In this document: positions 27,001 to 42,000 of the stretch, piece after piece
How the letters are laid out: the number at the start of each line of letters is the position of its first letter
Numbering within the stretch: position 1 is the first letter of the stretch
Origin: Botryllus schlosseri
Lineage: Eukaryota
Assembly (NCBI GenBank): GCA_051294905.1
Contig: CM119377.1
Span: 10,044,001-10,108,000 of the forward strand
Direction of reading: 5' to 3'
DNA: 64,000 bases
Notes under the pieces: model-generated
Seen by the model: only the letters and a program-made list of their open reading frames with translations
Database searches by the model: none
What the model was told of the DNA's origin: nothing
Made by a program: the position numbers and the translations under genes

Positions 27001-30000
27001 CTTGAAGCAGAGTGATGTAACGGAAGCACACCGCTATTACAAAAAATTCCTCCTCAATAGTGACACCATCAGAATAAAAAATTCCACAGACACTAATTCT
27101 GTGATCGTACTATAATCGCCAACATGTAGTGTTACAACCTAATTATGTATCCCGATTCAAAAAGGTGATACATCGAAAATGTGGAATTGGAAATCTACCT
27201 TGTTGATATCGGAGACCAACTTTCCCTCTTTCGGCGTATAGGGCTTTTGGTTGTTCGCCCGCATTTTGCTTTGCAGCGTGAACAGGAGAACCTCCAAATT
27301 GCCTTTTTCCTCAAATTTCAGGGGTTTCTCTTGAGTACGGTAGCTGCTGAAGGCGGTCAACTGTTGCTGGACACCTGCGAGGTCAAAAGTCAAACTTGGT
27401 GCCAGGAGCGCAGAGGCATGGATATCGCTACTTGTACTTTTAAAATTTACAGCGCTGAATGTCTGCGGTTCAAAGCACCGTACGCGATAGCTATCTACTA
27501 CAAAACGCAACAAAACAGATTTACTATAATATTACACAGACTTAAATGATGTCACAACACACAAATTCACTAATCAGCATTAAATTCTAAATCCGTGGTA
27601 ATAGGAACTGATCTCTCGAGAAGTATGAGGTAAGAAGAGGTGACACAGTCTTACCTTCAGTTAAGGACAAAAAGTTACCCTCACAAGTGACATCTCTACA
27701 GTGAATATGTGGCCTAACACTAGTGGGTCATAGCTATTCTGGGTATGATACAGTTACGATAGCTTTCTAGGGAGGTTGAAGCTGATTCTCTTCCTAGCAG
27801 ACCTGCATGTCTAGTCTTATTTTATAGCACGAAAAGCGCAAGATCAGGACAACACAACATAAAATGATGGAATCAACTCAGAACAAACACAGCGCCAACA
27901 TGTCTCAGCTAGTAGATCGAGAAAGGTTTCCATGCCCAACGAACACTCCCAGATTTCTAAAATAGTACCCTCAAGAAGAATTTGTGGTTGGCGGGTTTTC
28001 GTGTACAAGCCTGGCAATCCGTTACATCTCTCCCAAAAATCATCATCTCACCAGACAGAGAGTTTGCGAAATTCCTATCGCTCAAAATAGCGATGGTCTG
28101 CTTGATCCATTCCAGGAGATCGGACGTGATTTGGTCATATTTCTCGATCATATCATTGCTTTCGATCACTCCTTCCAGCACCTGAAGCATTGAAAAGATT
28201 GATTAAAATTTCGGTAAATATGCTATATAAATCAATAGACATAAATATTGCAAAATTTTGTATGCGCATGCACACATAACATCAACTAATCTCTGAAGAT
28301 GACCTGGGTGCATTATACACGTAGATCGTCAAGTATAGTCAATGTTCGCAGAAGTTACATGTCAAAACTACACAAGTGGAGGTAGAATATGAAGGCCAGG
28401 AAGTACTAAAGTCCTTTCAAAAAGTAGATTTGGTTGAGAAGTGATACACTTTTAGCAGTTAATTGCAGGGGTCTGGTGGGTGCATCTTACCGACTTACCG
28501 CAACTAAACTAATGAGTCCACAATTAGGTGCAAGATTCAAGAATATTTAGTCGCCGTGATACATGGTACAATTGGCCCAATCCATCCACTTGTTATAATT
28601 TCACTCATAAGTGATGCAAATATCTCTTTTAACTACTTTCTACTATATAAAATTCAATGTGTTAAAGTGAATAGGCCTATTTTCATCTAAAATCTATCAA
28701 GCAGGATTGGAAATAGTCTAAAATCAGAATGACTTGAGCAAGTACGAAGTAGGCAAAACCTATTTTAGTACTCAGAAAATGGATGGTAACCTTTGGTAAC
28801 CTCTGATAATACACAGCAATGTACGTTTCTTCCAGCAATATGCGTTGTTGCACACAGGGCCTACCTTTCCTATTCTTTTCCCTTCCACAGCGATTGCTTT
28901 CATTTTGGAGAAGTAGTGATAATAGGTGACGACATAGGTTATAATAGATTTCTCGTCTGGATGCTCCACGGCAACATCTGTCAAAAAACGAGGAGTCACC
29001 GCTTTTAAATGTTACTACATAGTAAATACTCAAATGAGATTCGCACATGGGATGGTAAATAAATGGAATCGTGGCTACTGATCTATTTGTAGATTGATTT
29101 TTTATGTTCTCGAAATCCTATTTATACATAATCATATCAAACCTGCTGCACAAAACATTCATCGACTTTGCTATGAATAAAACCAGAGTGGTCAAAGCAG
29201 TCCTCATTGGTACTACTACCAAAAAGTAGAAACACGTGCCACAAAACTCTCTCTCAAGTGCAAACGGAAGTTACTGCTTGCAAAAGGGGGAGGAAGAGCA
29301 AGGCTGCTTATTTTCGTCTGCACCAATGAGATGCTTGGACAATCGAGAGGCAAGGAGTCGTAAGCAGTGGTACCAGTTCTAAGTCTCTGGTCTGACCAGG
29401 CCGGAGTTTGAATCCGAAACCCACCCACCAAGAAGAAGCTGTGCCCTCTGCCATGGCCATCTATTCTGCAGGATGACGATCAAGACTAGTTTGACTGTAA
29501 CAATCACACGGGTATTACACCAGGCACATGCCTATCTACTACTGCAAACACACGCTATAAGCAAACACTTTAACAGCAGAAAACTATGAAGCATAGACAC
29601 GCTAACAAGTAACTGCAACGGGCACACCAGGTGCACAGGGTTTTGTTTCGCGACAGATATTCATTTGATCAAATTAGGTTAAAGAAATTTTGAAGAAATT
29701 ACATACCGGTAGCAGAGAAATTGGCGAATTACGGGCAACAGTATCTATCGGCGAATTCATTTAAGAATGCAATGTGATTCATCTGTAGGCCAAGCTTTAT
29801 CAAACTGACATGTTCATGAGATTATCACTGTGATGTTGCTTCCTGGTTCACGGAATTTTAGCTAACAAAGCAATTCCCACAAAATGTTCAAACACCAGAT
29901 ATTCCAATATCGACTACCTCCTTGCCGCTATATCGCTGGATTATCTTGGAGCGCAGTCATAACAAATCATGTAATAAGCCATTCAACCATTAAATTTATT

Positions 30001-33000
30001 AGCAAAGGAAGATTGGGACATGGCATGTTACATTATTGTAACTGATCAGTATAACATTGTACATATCTCATCGAGATCTTTACCAGATACACCTGCGCAA
30101 TGAGTATGTAGCTTACACATGCAATCACTAGAATATGATAATATTGTTGCATCAGATGATTACCACACGCATTTCATTCTGAACAAGTCAAAATAGTTTG
30201 ACGGCTACCTTCTGGGTCAAGAAGTTTAGTGAGCCCCAACTCTTTTTCGGCTATGTTGAATGCATTGTTCAGGTTATGAATTGGGTTTCCTTTCTTTAAC
30301 TTGTCGTAATCGATCAGATCCGGTCTAAAATACACAAGATAAGAATTAATTCAAAAGACTGAAAGTGTAAAAAAAAAAAAAAAATGTAACAAGTTATATA
30401 GAACAGTCAAATAGCAATAATTAATCATAACCGAAAGCTACAAAACAAGCCCAAAAGTTGGTAAACTTGACCAGATTACTGAACGTTACAAGTCTTGTGC
30501 AGCAGGAGACTTCTTTATAAAGAGTATATTTTGACATACCGTATAGCAACTCTACCTGTGCTTATGAATAATAGCATTGAATGCCAGGCCGTCCGACCAA
30601 CTTCGGGTAAAGTTATGAACATTAACGTTGGGATAGCCAGCTGTCTTCATTTGACACCACAGCAAGAGAGCATCCTTTGCTGACCGCGTCTCTTGATTAT
30701 CTTCAGTTTCTACGCTGATGTCTTGAATCTGCCGGAATCAGGTGGGGTTAGTAAATTTGGGCATACCAGCTGGATGAATTAGGAAGTATGTGGGTTTGAT
30801 AGGATTGTTCCGGATAAAAAACAATGTATCACACACACCTGGAACCTCAAGATGATGGTCCATATCAAGCCAAGAATCAATCGATGATTGCCGTCGACGA
30901 TATCATGGGAACCCATATTTTCTAGATGGACCCGTTTTTCTTTCAAAAATTCGAGCGCTTTGTTTGTGTTTTCCAGGCAGTGAATTCTCATCTTTCCTCG
31001 AGTTGGCTTGGGCTGGAAAGCGACAAAGTCGAGGTCGCATTTACATTGTTCATTTCAATGAGCAAGTGGCACATCATCGCGTTCAGGAGTGAAGAAAATG
31101 GAGAACTTACCAGTTTCTCGCCGGAGAGCACTTCTAGTAATTTCATCAAGTTCTTTCCGTCCCGCAAGTCCATGTACAGATCTTGAATTCGTAGCGAGAC
31201 CCGTTGCAAATGGGAATTGACCCATTTCGTAAATGTCTTCTTCTGAACAGCTTCGCGCTCATCTTAAAAATTCAAATAGGGCCGTTGAAAGGCGGAATAA
31301 AGATTCACTACATACAGTGATGCATAAATTGACATGGGTACATCCGCCTTCGACATTTCTAGGTCTGCACACTATCCAGTCTGACCCAGCTTATTTGCAT
31401 CTGAATTTGCATAACCCAATAACATGAATATTGAATGCGGTTGTATTGATCTAACATTTTGTGAGGAGAAAGCACACATGGAATGTTGAATAAACCTTCT
31501 GAATTGATTGCACACTGATTTCCAGCAAGTGTAAAATTTTCTCGAAGAATGAGTAGCGAAGCCATATCATAAAATTCTTATGTAATCTTGTGATGTATTT
31601 TCAGAGAAGATTATACTAATTATTGTTAATATAGAACAGTCTCTCGAAATCTCAGTGCAATTTGCCAAGTACAACCACACTTCTAGAACCAAGTATTGTG
31701 AATGAAATGTTCCGTCCTGATACCATGTAAATTTTGGGGTTTCTCCCCACATAATGACAAGTCAGTTACAAGGCTGTAGAAATTGAACATGTTAACATGT
31801 AGTCTGAGACAAAAACAAAACAATACAATACATATATATATAGCATAGTCAACATCCTTCAATAACCTTGAGCAGTACTGGTACTGATAAATCAATAATA
31901 TTCATAATGATAATGATTGCACAGATACCGTTTTATGATTTTAGAAGGTATGCGTATTGCGCAAGGTGATTTATGAAACTGTTAATTAATAAGACCTACT
32001 GCAAATAAGTAGTCACAATGTGATTTGCACAAGGCATGATGTACATAGCTACTGGTACATCAGAACTGTATACAATGTCATCTAACTACGATACACATTG
32101 TAAGCATCGGAATTCCAATAATAATTCTTGATACCAATGTAAGTTGGCCAACAACAAAGTTATTACACAATCAATATTTCAACTAAGGTACCATTTATTA
32201 ATGATGCTTGTGGTCAGAGCTGCCTGTCATTTTCTAGGCACGGAATGGCTTGATCAACATATCTACGCAGTACACACCCTACACAGCCACCCCTGACAGC
32301 TCAGTGGTGTAATTTATTTATGATTAAAAATTCACATAAGAGTATGTAACATAGCCATAGACGTATTCGTGTATAGTGAAGCGTCATTTCAAAACTTGAA
32401 TGTCATAGTCAGAACTGATTACTCTCAAGCCACACCTCTTGTGCACACAAATGTTGCATGAACGGGTCAATACCACCATACATTATTTATCGCCATCATT
32501 GTATTTATACAAGTTTCATCAATGGAAAAGTAGTAAATTGGAGAGCGTCTCACACACGGTTGCGTCATAGGTCAAAGGTCAGACTGACATCATATATCCA
32601 AGACAGGGGTGGCCAAGCTGCGGCTGTACAAGTGAATTTGTACAGCCGCCGATGCGTAACTCAATTAGTATCTGTTGGCGGCTGCCAACATGCAAATTGT
32701 ATTTACAAACAGACTCCAGAATTTTTGAGAGATTTTAATTAATCTTGAAATTTTCCTCTCTTTGTGTGTGATTCAATGTGACTTCATTTTTCGATTCTAA
32801 TATAGCAGCGCCCATTGCAATCTGAGCCCCACAGAACAGATGCGAAAAGTAGAGGACAGACAATCCTGATGGGCGGTCAAGAAATAACAGTGACAAAGTT
32901 GACTAATAACAATTGGCCCACCCGATGATGCATCTACAACTAAATTTTCGAAAGCACTCCCTCCATCAACGCTACCGGTGAATCTGATCAAGGATAAATA

Positions 33001-36000
33001 TTTCATAGTAATATGTGAAGCTACTAATATTCATTTGTGAATCTGAAAAAAAAAATTTGCGCTTAGTGCGACCATAACGAATCCCCGTAACTATTCATAA
33101 CATGACCACTCGCGATTTAGGTCAGTATAGTAAACCGATATGAAAAAGTAGATTGATCTGGACTTCACCAGGAAATGGACGTGGACAGTTTAAAATGGGA
33201 ATTTAGCACCCCTGATCTAAGATAAACAATCATTCACAAATTGATAGCGTTCACACACCACATTGAACCATTTATTGGCCTGAAATTTTAACATAGGTCA
33301 ACTGAACACCCAGGCATATACTTGAACGAAATATATTATCTTCAGGGCAACCTTAAAATCTATATTGCTAATTTATAGAAATGTATTCGCAGCAATCACA
33401 GGCACACTTGACAGCGCTATTACACACAAAAGCATTCCATTCCTACAGGTTATAGGGCCCTGCCAAGTTGTTTTTGAATACCATTGATAGGTAGATTTCT
33501 ATTGAAAGCAACATTAACAAAATTAAGTCGGCTATAGAATGGTTCATCCAAACTCCAAGGCAATGTTGATACTACAAATGAACACATCACATATAATTTA
33601 AAAAATAACAGGTAGCCAGGTGGGTATGCTTTGTGTTAGTTGAAAATTCTACTGGTTTTCGTTCACACATCAGCGCTGTCAAAATACGTTGGTATGGAAT
33701 ATGTAGGCCTACCTTCAGAAATTTGACAATTATTCATCATATTTCACACAGCACCATCATAAAATAAATCAATATCCAACCTTGCAGTTGCTTGAACCTT
33801 CCTTCCAAGGCTGAATTTGAAAATGGGGTAAACTCCTCTATTCCGTAAGTGGAATTCCTATGCGAGTGTTCGGAGTAGCTAGACCTTGAGCTTGTGCTAG
33901 TCCTAGGTGTTCTGGGGTTGGACCCAGGAGGTGTCGAATCTATAGACGTACTCATGACTGCGGCATAGTTTATTACAGTAACACTTGTACCAAAGGAATG
34001 TGGGTGACAATAGGAATGTCGCAATACAACTATCGCATATCTGGCAAATGAGACAAGAAATTGTGGTCAGGAGCCTGTACATAAAGTGTAAATAATCCCC
34101 TATAAATTTTAATGCAGCATAAATTCAATGGCAACTGCGCACAGGTGCACTACACAATAGTATTGAAGCAACCTAGCACAATGCATTATATGATCCAAAA
34201 CGCCAAAACTCATCCAATAAAGCAGACTCATGAGAGAGTTTATTACTTCCTGTATTGTGGATCAAACATGATGCATTGTGGCTGAATATTTATTAGTTTG
34301 GAAACTTTGTTTGACTGCAAACCAAGTAGACTGGTGAACTTCATTTCAAATGCTAAATACTCGCACTATACAACCTACCATGCATACATAAAACTGACTT
34401 TGGTTCAGAACTACTACGTAGAATCAAATGAATGCATTGGAAAACGAAGCTTTAGCAATATATTACTAGATGAGGTCGGCTTATTTTTGGCATTACAAGA
34501 ATTATGTTACTATTATTTCATACTTACAATTAAAATAATGACTTACGGGAGCATACACAACCTTATAAAGCAAATGGCAAATAAAAAATTTGCCTATTAT
34601 ATGCCATAAATACACACTGAAACACATTGTCAGATCCCTGTCTCCTTAATTTAAAAACTATGCCTATGTTGGCTGGCTAACTAATAAACTAATGATAATC
34701 ATCTCATAAATTCTTGTCATTGAAGTAGTCAATTATAGATAAATGATTATATATAGTATATAGTATATGAATAATAGTTATAATTACATCAGCCTGAGAT
34801 GAGATGAGCTAGTTGGCAAAAGTTGTTTGCAGTGTAAACAATTGATAATATTGAACATTTTGTGCTTCCATGCCTACAAGTTATTAGTTATCCCTGAACA
34901 TGAGTATCATCTCTTAGTTTTAAGAGGGCCAATCAATAGCTTCAAGGACTTTATTAACACCAACACAGCCATTTTCAAGAGTTATCATCACTGAAGAGCA
35001 GCCTAGTCGCCAACTTGGCAAAGTATTATCAAGATAAAACTAAACTGAATATTAGGCGTACCCTTAAAACCCATCATACATCTTATACAATGCTGCCCTG
35101 TATCATTTCCAAGTCATTCCTGAGAAGATTGTCAGTAAATGTAATTCCAAAATAGAGATTGAATATATTCAGCTCTATACTAAACCTGTGACTAAACACA
35201 TGTTTTCTTGCTGAGGTAATATAATGCAAGATTGACATTTTGAGCACATTGAGAACCAAGCCTGTTGTAGTGCTGACTCCTTTCCGAGCAGAGCTCACGT
35301 GGTAAGAACAACATTTCGTAAGCCAGACAAACTAATAAAAGGTATCTTTTTAGTGCAGTGAATCATGGCAATGAATGTGGATTGGTAAGGAACCAAATTG
35401 TTTATACTATGGGATAGCGTCTAGTTTGAGTGGGATAATAAATAATTACAACAATACTGCTAGCTAGCTGCTACTAGCTCTGTAAGAATCAAGATGTTGC
35501 TGTTAAGGTAATTATTATTATAATAATTAGGCCTACCTGTCACCAGAAGCAGGCCTACTAACCCTCCTCAATATGCTAGTTACAAACACAGCTAATGGAA
35601 CTTCTATTTCAGCTTGCCATGAACTGTCACAAAAGACACTCAAATTGTTTCCAGTCAATTTGCTGAATGGGATTTTATCAAACCTCGAAGAATTAGAATA
35701 TCTGAAAAGGCCTTGTCAAAACATCAAAACGATTAAATTTCCACATCCCTATATAATCTTATCTCTCCGAAGAAAATCTACACATTGAAGACAAGACAAA
35801 TATAGGAAACTAAGGAAAGTGATATATGGAAGATCATTCCTAAATATGTGTAAAGCAGTACTAAGTGGCGTGCGTGGTGCACAAGCTCACTGCCAAAAAT
35901 CATCAATTCCACTCGCCAGATAGCCTATGTCGCCAACTGTGAAGTCACTTTGACGTGAGTCAAGAAAACGTTAGGCACAAGCCAATATTCTAGCAGCAAT

Positions 36001-39000
36001 GATACAGTCTGCTTTTAAGCAACAGGCCCAAGTCGGAAATCCAATACTTGTAACGATTTCAGCGATTACCGCCCGGTACACGCCTCCAAACGCAGCACAA
36101 CCGTGATCGAGGCTATCGACTCCGATTCTATATCCTACCGGCGGTTGTATGCCATATGTATGTGATCATTCATAAAAAAAAATACGCAACGAGCATCAAA
36201 CACTCGCCAACTTCAAAAGTTCAATTCTAATTTATCCCTCGTGGAATTCGATAGACTTACTACGTCAAAAATGACTAACAATAATATTTGCGGACAATAC
36301 GCCACAGGCGAAATACGACTGTCGATATTGTTTCAACACATCGTCAGTCGAATTCAGCCAGCTTAACCACAAAAACTGAACGCGCCAAATTCGCACGCTT
36401 CCAAGGTTGCTCGTGATGCAAACAGATATGCTAGCTTCCGCACATTCACAAGGGGTGGATTTTTTCTTAAAATCATCGCCTTGTATAGCGTAAGTTCAGG
36501 CGCGCACAGCTGCACACTGCAGTCATACACTGTAGTTGTTATTGTTACGGTGACAATGTTCCGTTGCATAGAGCAATCTAACAAATTGCCGGAAATATCG
36601 ATATCAACCGGTTCACACCATCCGCGGATTACGGTACCGCGAAGCAAGCGGGAAATCGTACTAATTAACGGAATCAAGCATTCCGTTGTAGAGCGCGTAA
36701 TGTACTTCGATCACACCATAGTGTCCTATATGGTGTCGACACAAGCAAATCGCACGGTTCAATGAAATTGTATCACGTCACAGTTTCCATTTGGCTACAG
36801 GCAATTTGACGGTGAGTTTTGACCGGCTTGCCGAGCATTAAATTTGATGAATCGGGTATCAATCGAAAGCTGACTCTGTACTGATTACGAAAATATAAAT
36901 TTTATTCCGCTCGCGGCCCTGGAACCCACACAATCAGCCCCCAATTATTCATTGTCGAGTAGATTGGCAGTGTGACGCAACAATGCTGTCTGGCGAAACG
37001 AGAGACTAGCTCAAGAGCAAGGATGTGGCCGAGCGGCGAGAGTGGGATCAGCTGACGTCGCGGCAATAGCGATGTGCAAACGCGCCACAGAGAAACGCTG
37101 CGCTGTTGATACTTTTTCTATGCGTTTCGGTACAAGCGAGCACACACCAGCCTTTCCTTGACTTGTAAGGGTAGAACTGGGTTCACAGAATGTATTAGGG
37201 CCCTACCAATTTTCGCGCAATATCCTTCAGCTGATAAAGATATGTAGGCTACGTCTAAGTAGTCTACATTGGATATGTCAGATTATTATGATATCGATTG
37301 CCTTAGCCCGCTTGTTGCGTAGGGCTCCAGAGACACGCCGCGCAGTTGATGGCGGGTGTCGATACTTTCTATAGTCGCTTTTATGGTTAAGTGTGAGCAA
37401 GGAGCATGAGCATACATTACAAGCTTTTATTTGATCCGTATGGGTAGGACTTGGTCCGCGAATGCAGCAGGTAAAATGTTGATTGTTGAATAAAGTTTAA
37501 CAGCAGGAGTGTCGAATTAAACTGGTATCGCTGTCCGGATTCAATCCGTTACTAGAAAGCTTGCGGGCCATACCTGCCAAATGATTCCAAAATGTTACCA
37601 CCAAATTCATACCTTTGTTTTTCACTGGAATATATCTGATATCACTATAAACGTTGACGTTGGAATTTGGTTTAGCATTTTTCAATCACCAAATAGTTTT
37701 TTTGAATGCCGGGGACCTTTTGCGTCAAAAGTAATACAGTGGTATCACAGATATTTGAATTATATTCATTCTGTAGCCTGTATATATATTCCTAATGTAA
37801 CTTACGTAAAACGGATTTGCAGTATTTTTTTCGCATCTGTGAATAACTGAATGTCCATTGTCCATTCCGCCCAACAGAGTTTGCACTTTTTCGCCTTCTC
37901 GGAATGTGGCAAGGTCACCGACGTGGTGCTTATGGGGACTAGAGTGAAAACTCAACACTGTAGCTGTATTACTACAATATGATATATTTACATTATCTAA
38001 ATTTGCTGTCTTGAGTGAATCTTATTACTTGAAAGTATATTTTTCTTACTAGAAATATCTCTAACAGCTGAAGGATTGCGCGAAAATTGGTAGGGACCAA
38101 ATACATTCCGTGGACCCAGTTCTACCCTTACAAGTCAAGGAAAGGCTGGTGTGTGGTCGCTTGTACCGAAAGGCATAGAAAAAGTATCAACAGCGCAGCG
38201 TTTCTCTGTGGCGCGTTTGCACATCGCTATTGCCGCGACGTCAGCTGATCCCACTCTCGCCGCTCGGCCGCATCCTTGCTCTTGAGCTAGTCTCTCGTTT
38301 CGCCAGACAGCATTGTTGCGTCACACTGCCAATCTACTCGATAATGAATAATTGGGGGCTGATTGTGGGGGTTCCAGGGCCGCGAGCGGAATAAAATTTA
38401 TATTTTCGTAATCAGTGCAGAGTCAGCTTTCGATTGATACCCGATTCATCAAATTTAATGCTCGGCAAGCCGGTCAAAAATCACCGTCAAATTGCCTGTA
38501 TCCAAATGGAAACTGTGACGTGATACAATTTCATTGAACCGTGCGATTTGCTTGTGTCGACACCATATAGGACACTATGATCACACACTCATTCGGCAAT
38601 CAATAAGAACGAGAAAGCATTTTTACAACTCCAATTGAAATCTGCGGACATGGCGATAGCGCTGACGCTGATACCAGTTTTACCGAACATCCAGGCTAAT
38701 CTAATTCGCTCACAATTATAAGGCGGCCGTCTGGTGATACAAGCACTGTACTTGAAAACTGTTATTCATCGCTGTGGCGTGATGAGAACCTATTAGATCG
38801 AATGCATAGACCTACTTCATGATCGACAACCACCGAGGGTCGTGATTTCACAGATTATCGTAGTTGGAAGTTACTCCGCCACGCAAACTCCAAATTGTGA
38901 CGCAAACTTGACATTTCCGGTTATGCACGGCGGAGTTGATGTCCCGGTGAAATTCTGTGTAATCGCGTATCAGTGGGGAGGAAATACTCTGCGGTGAATT

Positions 39001-42000
39001 CACCTTGAAATACCATCATTCTCGTTATCGTTGGTGCCCAAGTTTTCTTCTATTATAGCCAAAACATAATTATATGGGATCAACGCTGACTTGCTGGATT
39101 CGAATTCCGTGATTCAGATCTACCAGCACTTACGCAACTCGACGTCTCCTCGAGTAGGCTACTATTGATTAGGGCTGGGCAAATTCGAGTACCTGGGTGA
39201 TTCGATTCTGAATCATGTATAATGCTTCGAGTCGAGTATCGAGTATCACTCATTATTACGTCATAACATAATGAAATATATCGATTGTCCAAGCTCAAAT
39301 ATGTTTATTTTATGCCACCACATAGCATATAATGCCTTGTTATGCATCAAATTAAAGATACTTTGGTACTTTTTCGACCATACCGATTTCGTTGCACATC
39401 GTGACAATGTTGAGGGATGATCAGGGCTTCGGAAATGTGTTATGTCACGCAACGTTCGCGGCTTTGTACTATAAGTTCCGTACGTTGCGACAGGCCAATC
39501 AAGGTTTCAAGGCTTCCAGATTGGAAAATAGTATTGAAACTACAATTTTCGCTGATAAATTACCATGCAGTGGCGAGGAGCGTATAATTCCTGTACTCGA
39601 AAAAATCGTCTTTTACTACTCGACTCGAATCATTAAAGTTAATACTCGATTCAGATTCGAGTACTCGAATCATTGTGCCCAGCCCTACTATTGATTGATC
39701 TAATCGCGGAAACACCGGCAATCGAGATTCGCCCATTATTTCGCTGAAGAGGGCTGCTCGGTTCATATCCTAATAAATTTGAAGATTTGTGTCGTTTTCA
39801 AAACTCTTACCGACTTTACCGACTTTACCCAGTCGGCCTGTATAAAAGAACTCGCTGAAAATACTAGATAGCAGATCGTTCTTCTCTAAATCAGCGCTAC
39901 ACATTACAGCACAAGAATAGAGCGCAAGCCTTCCTACGGGAGATGTTAGTGATAAATCAGGGGCACACAATTGTTTTATCAAATTATAATTCGGGGAGGC
40001 TATTCGATTTCCATTCAAGTCTCCAATTAGTATTTCCCCGGTACTATGAGCCAAGCGACTGACGGCTTCTTGTCAAGGACAATAGAAACCTTCATGACAA
40101 TTCCAATCATCACAATAAGAGCTGGATGTGGCACTTTGGTGCACTACGCTTTTGCGAAACTTTGACTAAATATCACCACGAGGAAGTTGAAACCATCGGG
40201 CAGAAACATACAAACGAACACGTCTTGTGCTATCAAGGTATACGAATGTTTCGAATTGGCATTATGTACCAGCAGCAGAACTCATTTTTAATCTGTGCAT
40301 AAAATTTCTATATAGTACCAAGATCTACCTTATCCGTGATTGCAGCCGTATTTTCTTCTTGTTATCAAACTGAAAAATCTGTTTCGCGTGGGCGAAAGTC
40401 GATTGCTTTACGCTATCGGCACAATCCTAGTTGTCATTAATAACATCCGATTCGTTACAAGAAAAAAAAATCAACTGACCACATATTCTCTACGCAATAA
40501 AATGAATTACATTGCGCGTATGGAGCGTCGGCATAACCAGAGTTTATCAGAGACGGCAAAATATTTCCAATAATTAAGCTGCGTCGCTGACATTTTGTGA
40601 CGTAACTTGTGTAATTAATGACACCCGTCCGTAATGAAAAATTAAGGTGAATAGTGCGGAAGCGTGCCATGCTGACAACATTTGACCAAGTTAAGGGAGG
40701 CAAAACCGACACTATTTTACCAATTAGCGACTATTGTTCGGGCGTCCACTATCCACGCACATTCGCACAACCACCAAAATCGGATGCAAAAATTCGCAAT
40801 GGCGATGACGCGTTCAAAATTGGCGGAAGGGACATGTTTGCAAAATAGTGATTGACCCTCAGCATTGTTATAAAGGCGCATTGATATGGGCACGGTCGAA
40901 AAATACCAAATCAAATTATACGCAGTGTAACTGGCATTGCTGAAATTGGGGTGGCATGAAAGTTACATATTTTAATTTTCAAAGTAACCCATATTGTATG
41001 ACGTCATAGCGAGTGGCGCTCGTATTCCCGACTTGAAACCTTGAATACTCGATTCAGCATCGAATTACTCATCTACTCAATTTAGCCCATCCCTACTTGT
41101 AATCGAATCACTAAACTACTTTACAGCAGAACTGAGTTAGCGAAATGATTGCGCAATGCGCACAGTACAGTCCGGAAAAGTTTACACGAATCCTACATTC
41201 CGAGCGTGGCATCAATACCGTCATCTTCGTAAGAAATTTCATAGCTAGCACTTGCCCACCAACATAAAGATAATAACCATTCGCTTAATCGACAGCAACC
41301 ACACTATACAAAACTCAAATCTGAACTTGTATTCCAGAAATTCGGCGCCGCACCCCATACCGACACCGTAATGCTGGAGGTCATATCTCCGTCCAGAGCG
41401 CGCTAACTCCTACGCAATACGCCGGTAAAGCATCGATATCGTTGAAAGCGGTCGGTACTATTTGTTTTGAGCGCGAAAGGGTTAACCACGGTCAGGGTAA
41501 CTTATTAACAAAAAGGCGGCAAATAAAGAACGAACAATCCCGACATTGCGTTTGGTAAAGTAACCAGCGATCGCAAATCATTGGACGCTCCAACACGACA
41601 ATGGAAGCACGAAAATTCCGATTATAAAACAATCTGTTACCGTTCACCGCTTCGCAAACATTTCAAGGCATTCATTCTGAAATATGTACAAAACAGTACG
41701 GAGAATCTACCGGGTGCCCGGTTTCTTTTCGGACATGCCAAATCCCGATCGCACTTTCGCTCTACTAAGCGAATTAAAAAGTTTCCTCCATACGATGAAT
41801 AAGTAGACATTGAATATTTACAAGCACCACGTCACAACAGTATTCTCGAGTAGGCAACAATTTAGCAACTTTTCGGTGACTATTGCTGTGCAAAATAGAC
41901 TACCTGAGTCCGGATTGGACCAAAAACTTTCCTTCCGTCTTGCGTGTACACTGTACAACTGTGTGGATGATGCGGAAAGTTAAAATACGTGCCTTTTATG

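Noticed and set aside
28290-28335. CTGAAGATGACC... and, at ~52775, CTGAAGACTGT...ACGGTCGAAC: Penelope-type hammerhead-like motifs
   Set aside because: The GAAA half of the core is missing or misregistered; at most heavily decayed, and not supportable
33956-34024. Upstream in-frame ATG extending exon 1b (MRHSY...)
   Set aside because: No supporting evidence; the extension looks like UTR sequence, so the Met at 33955 is preferred, though not proven
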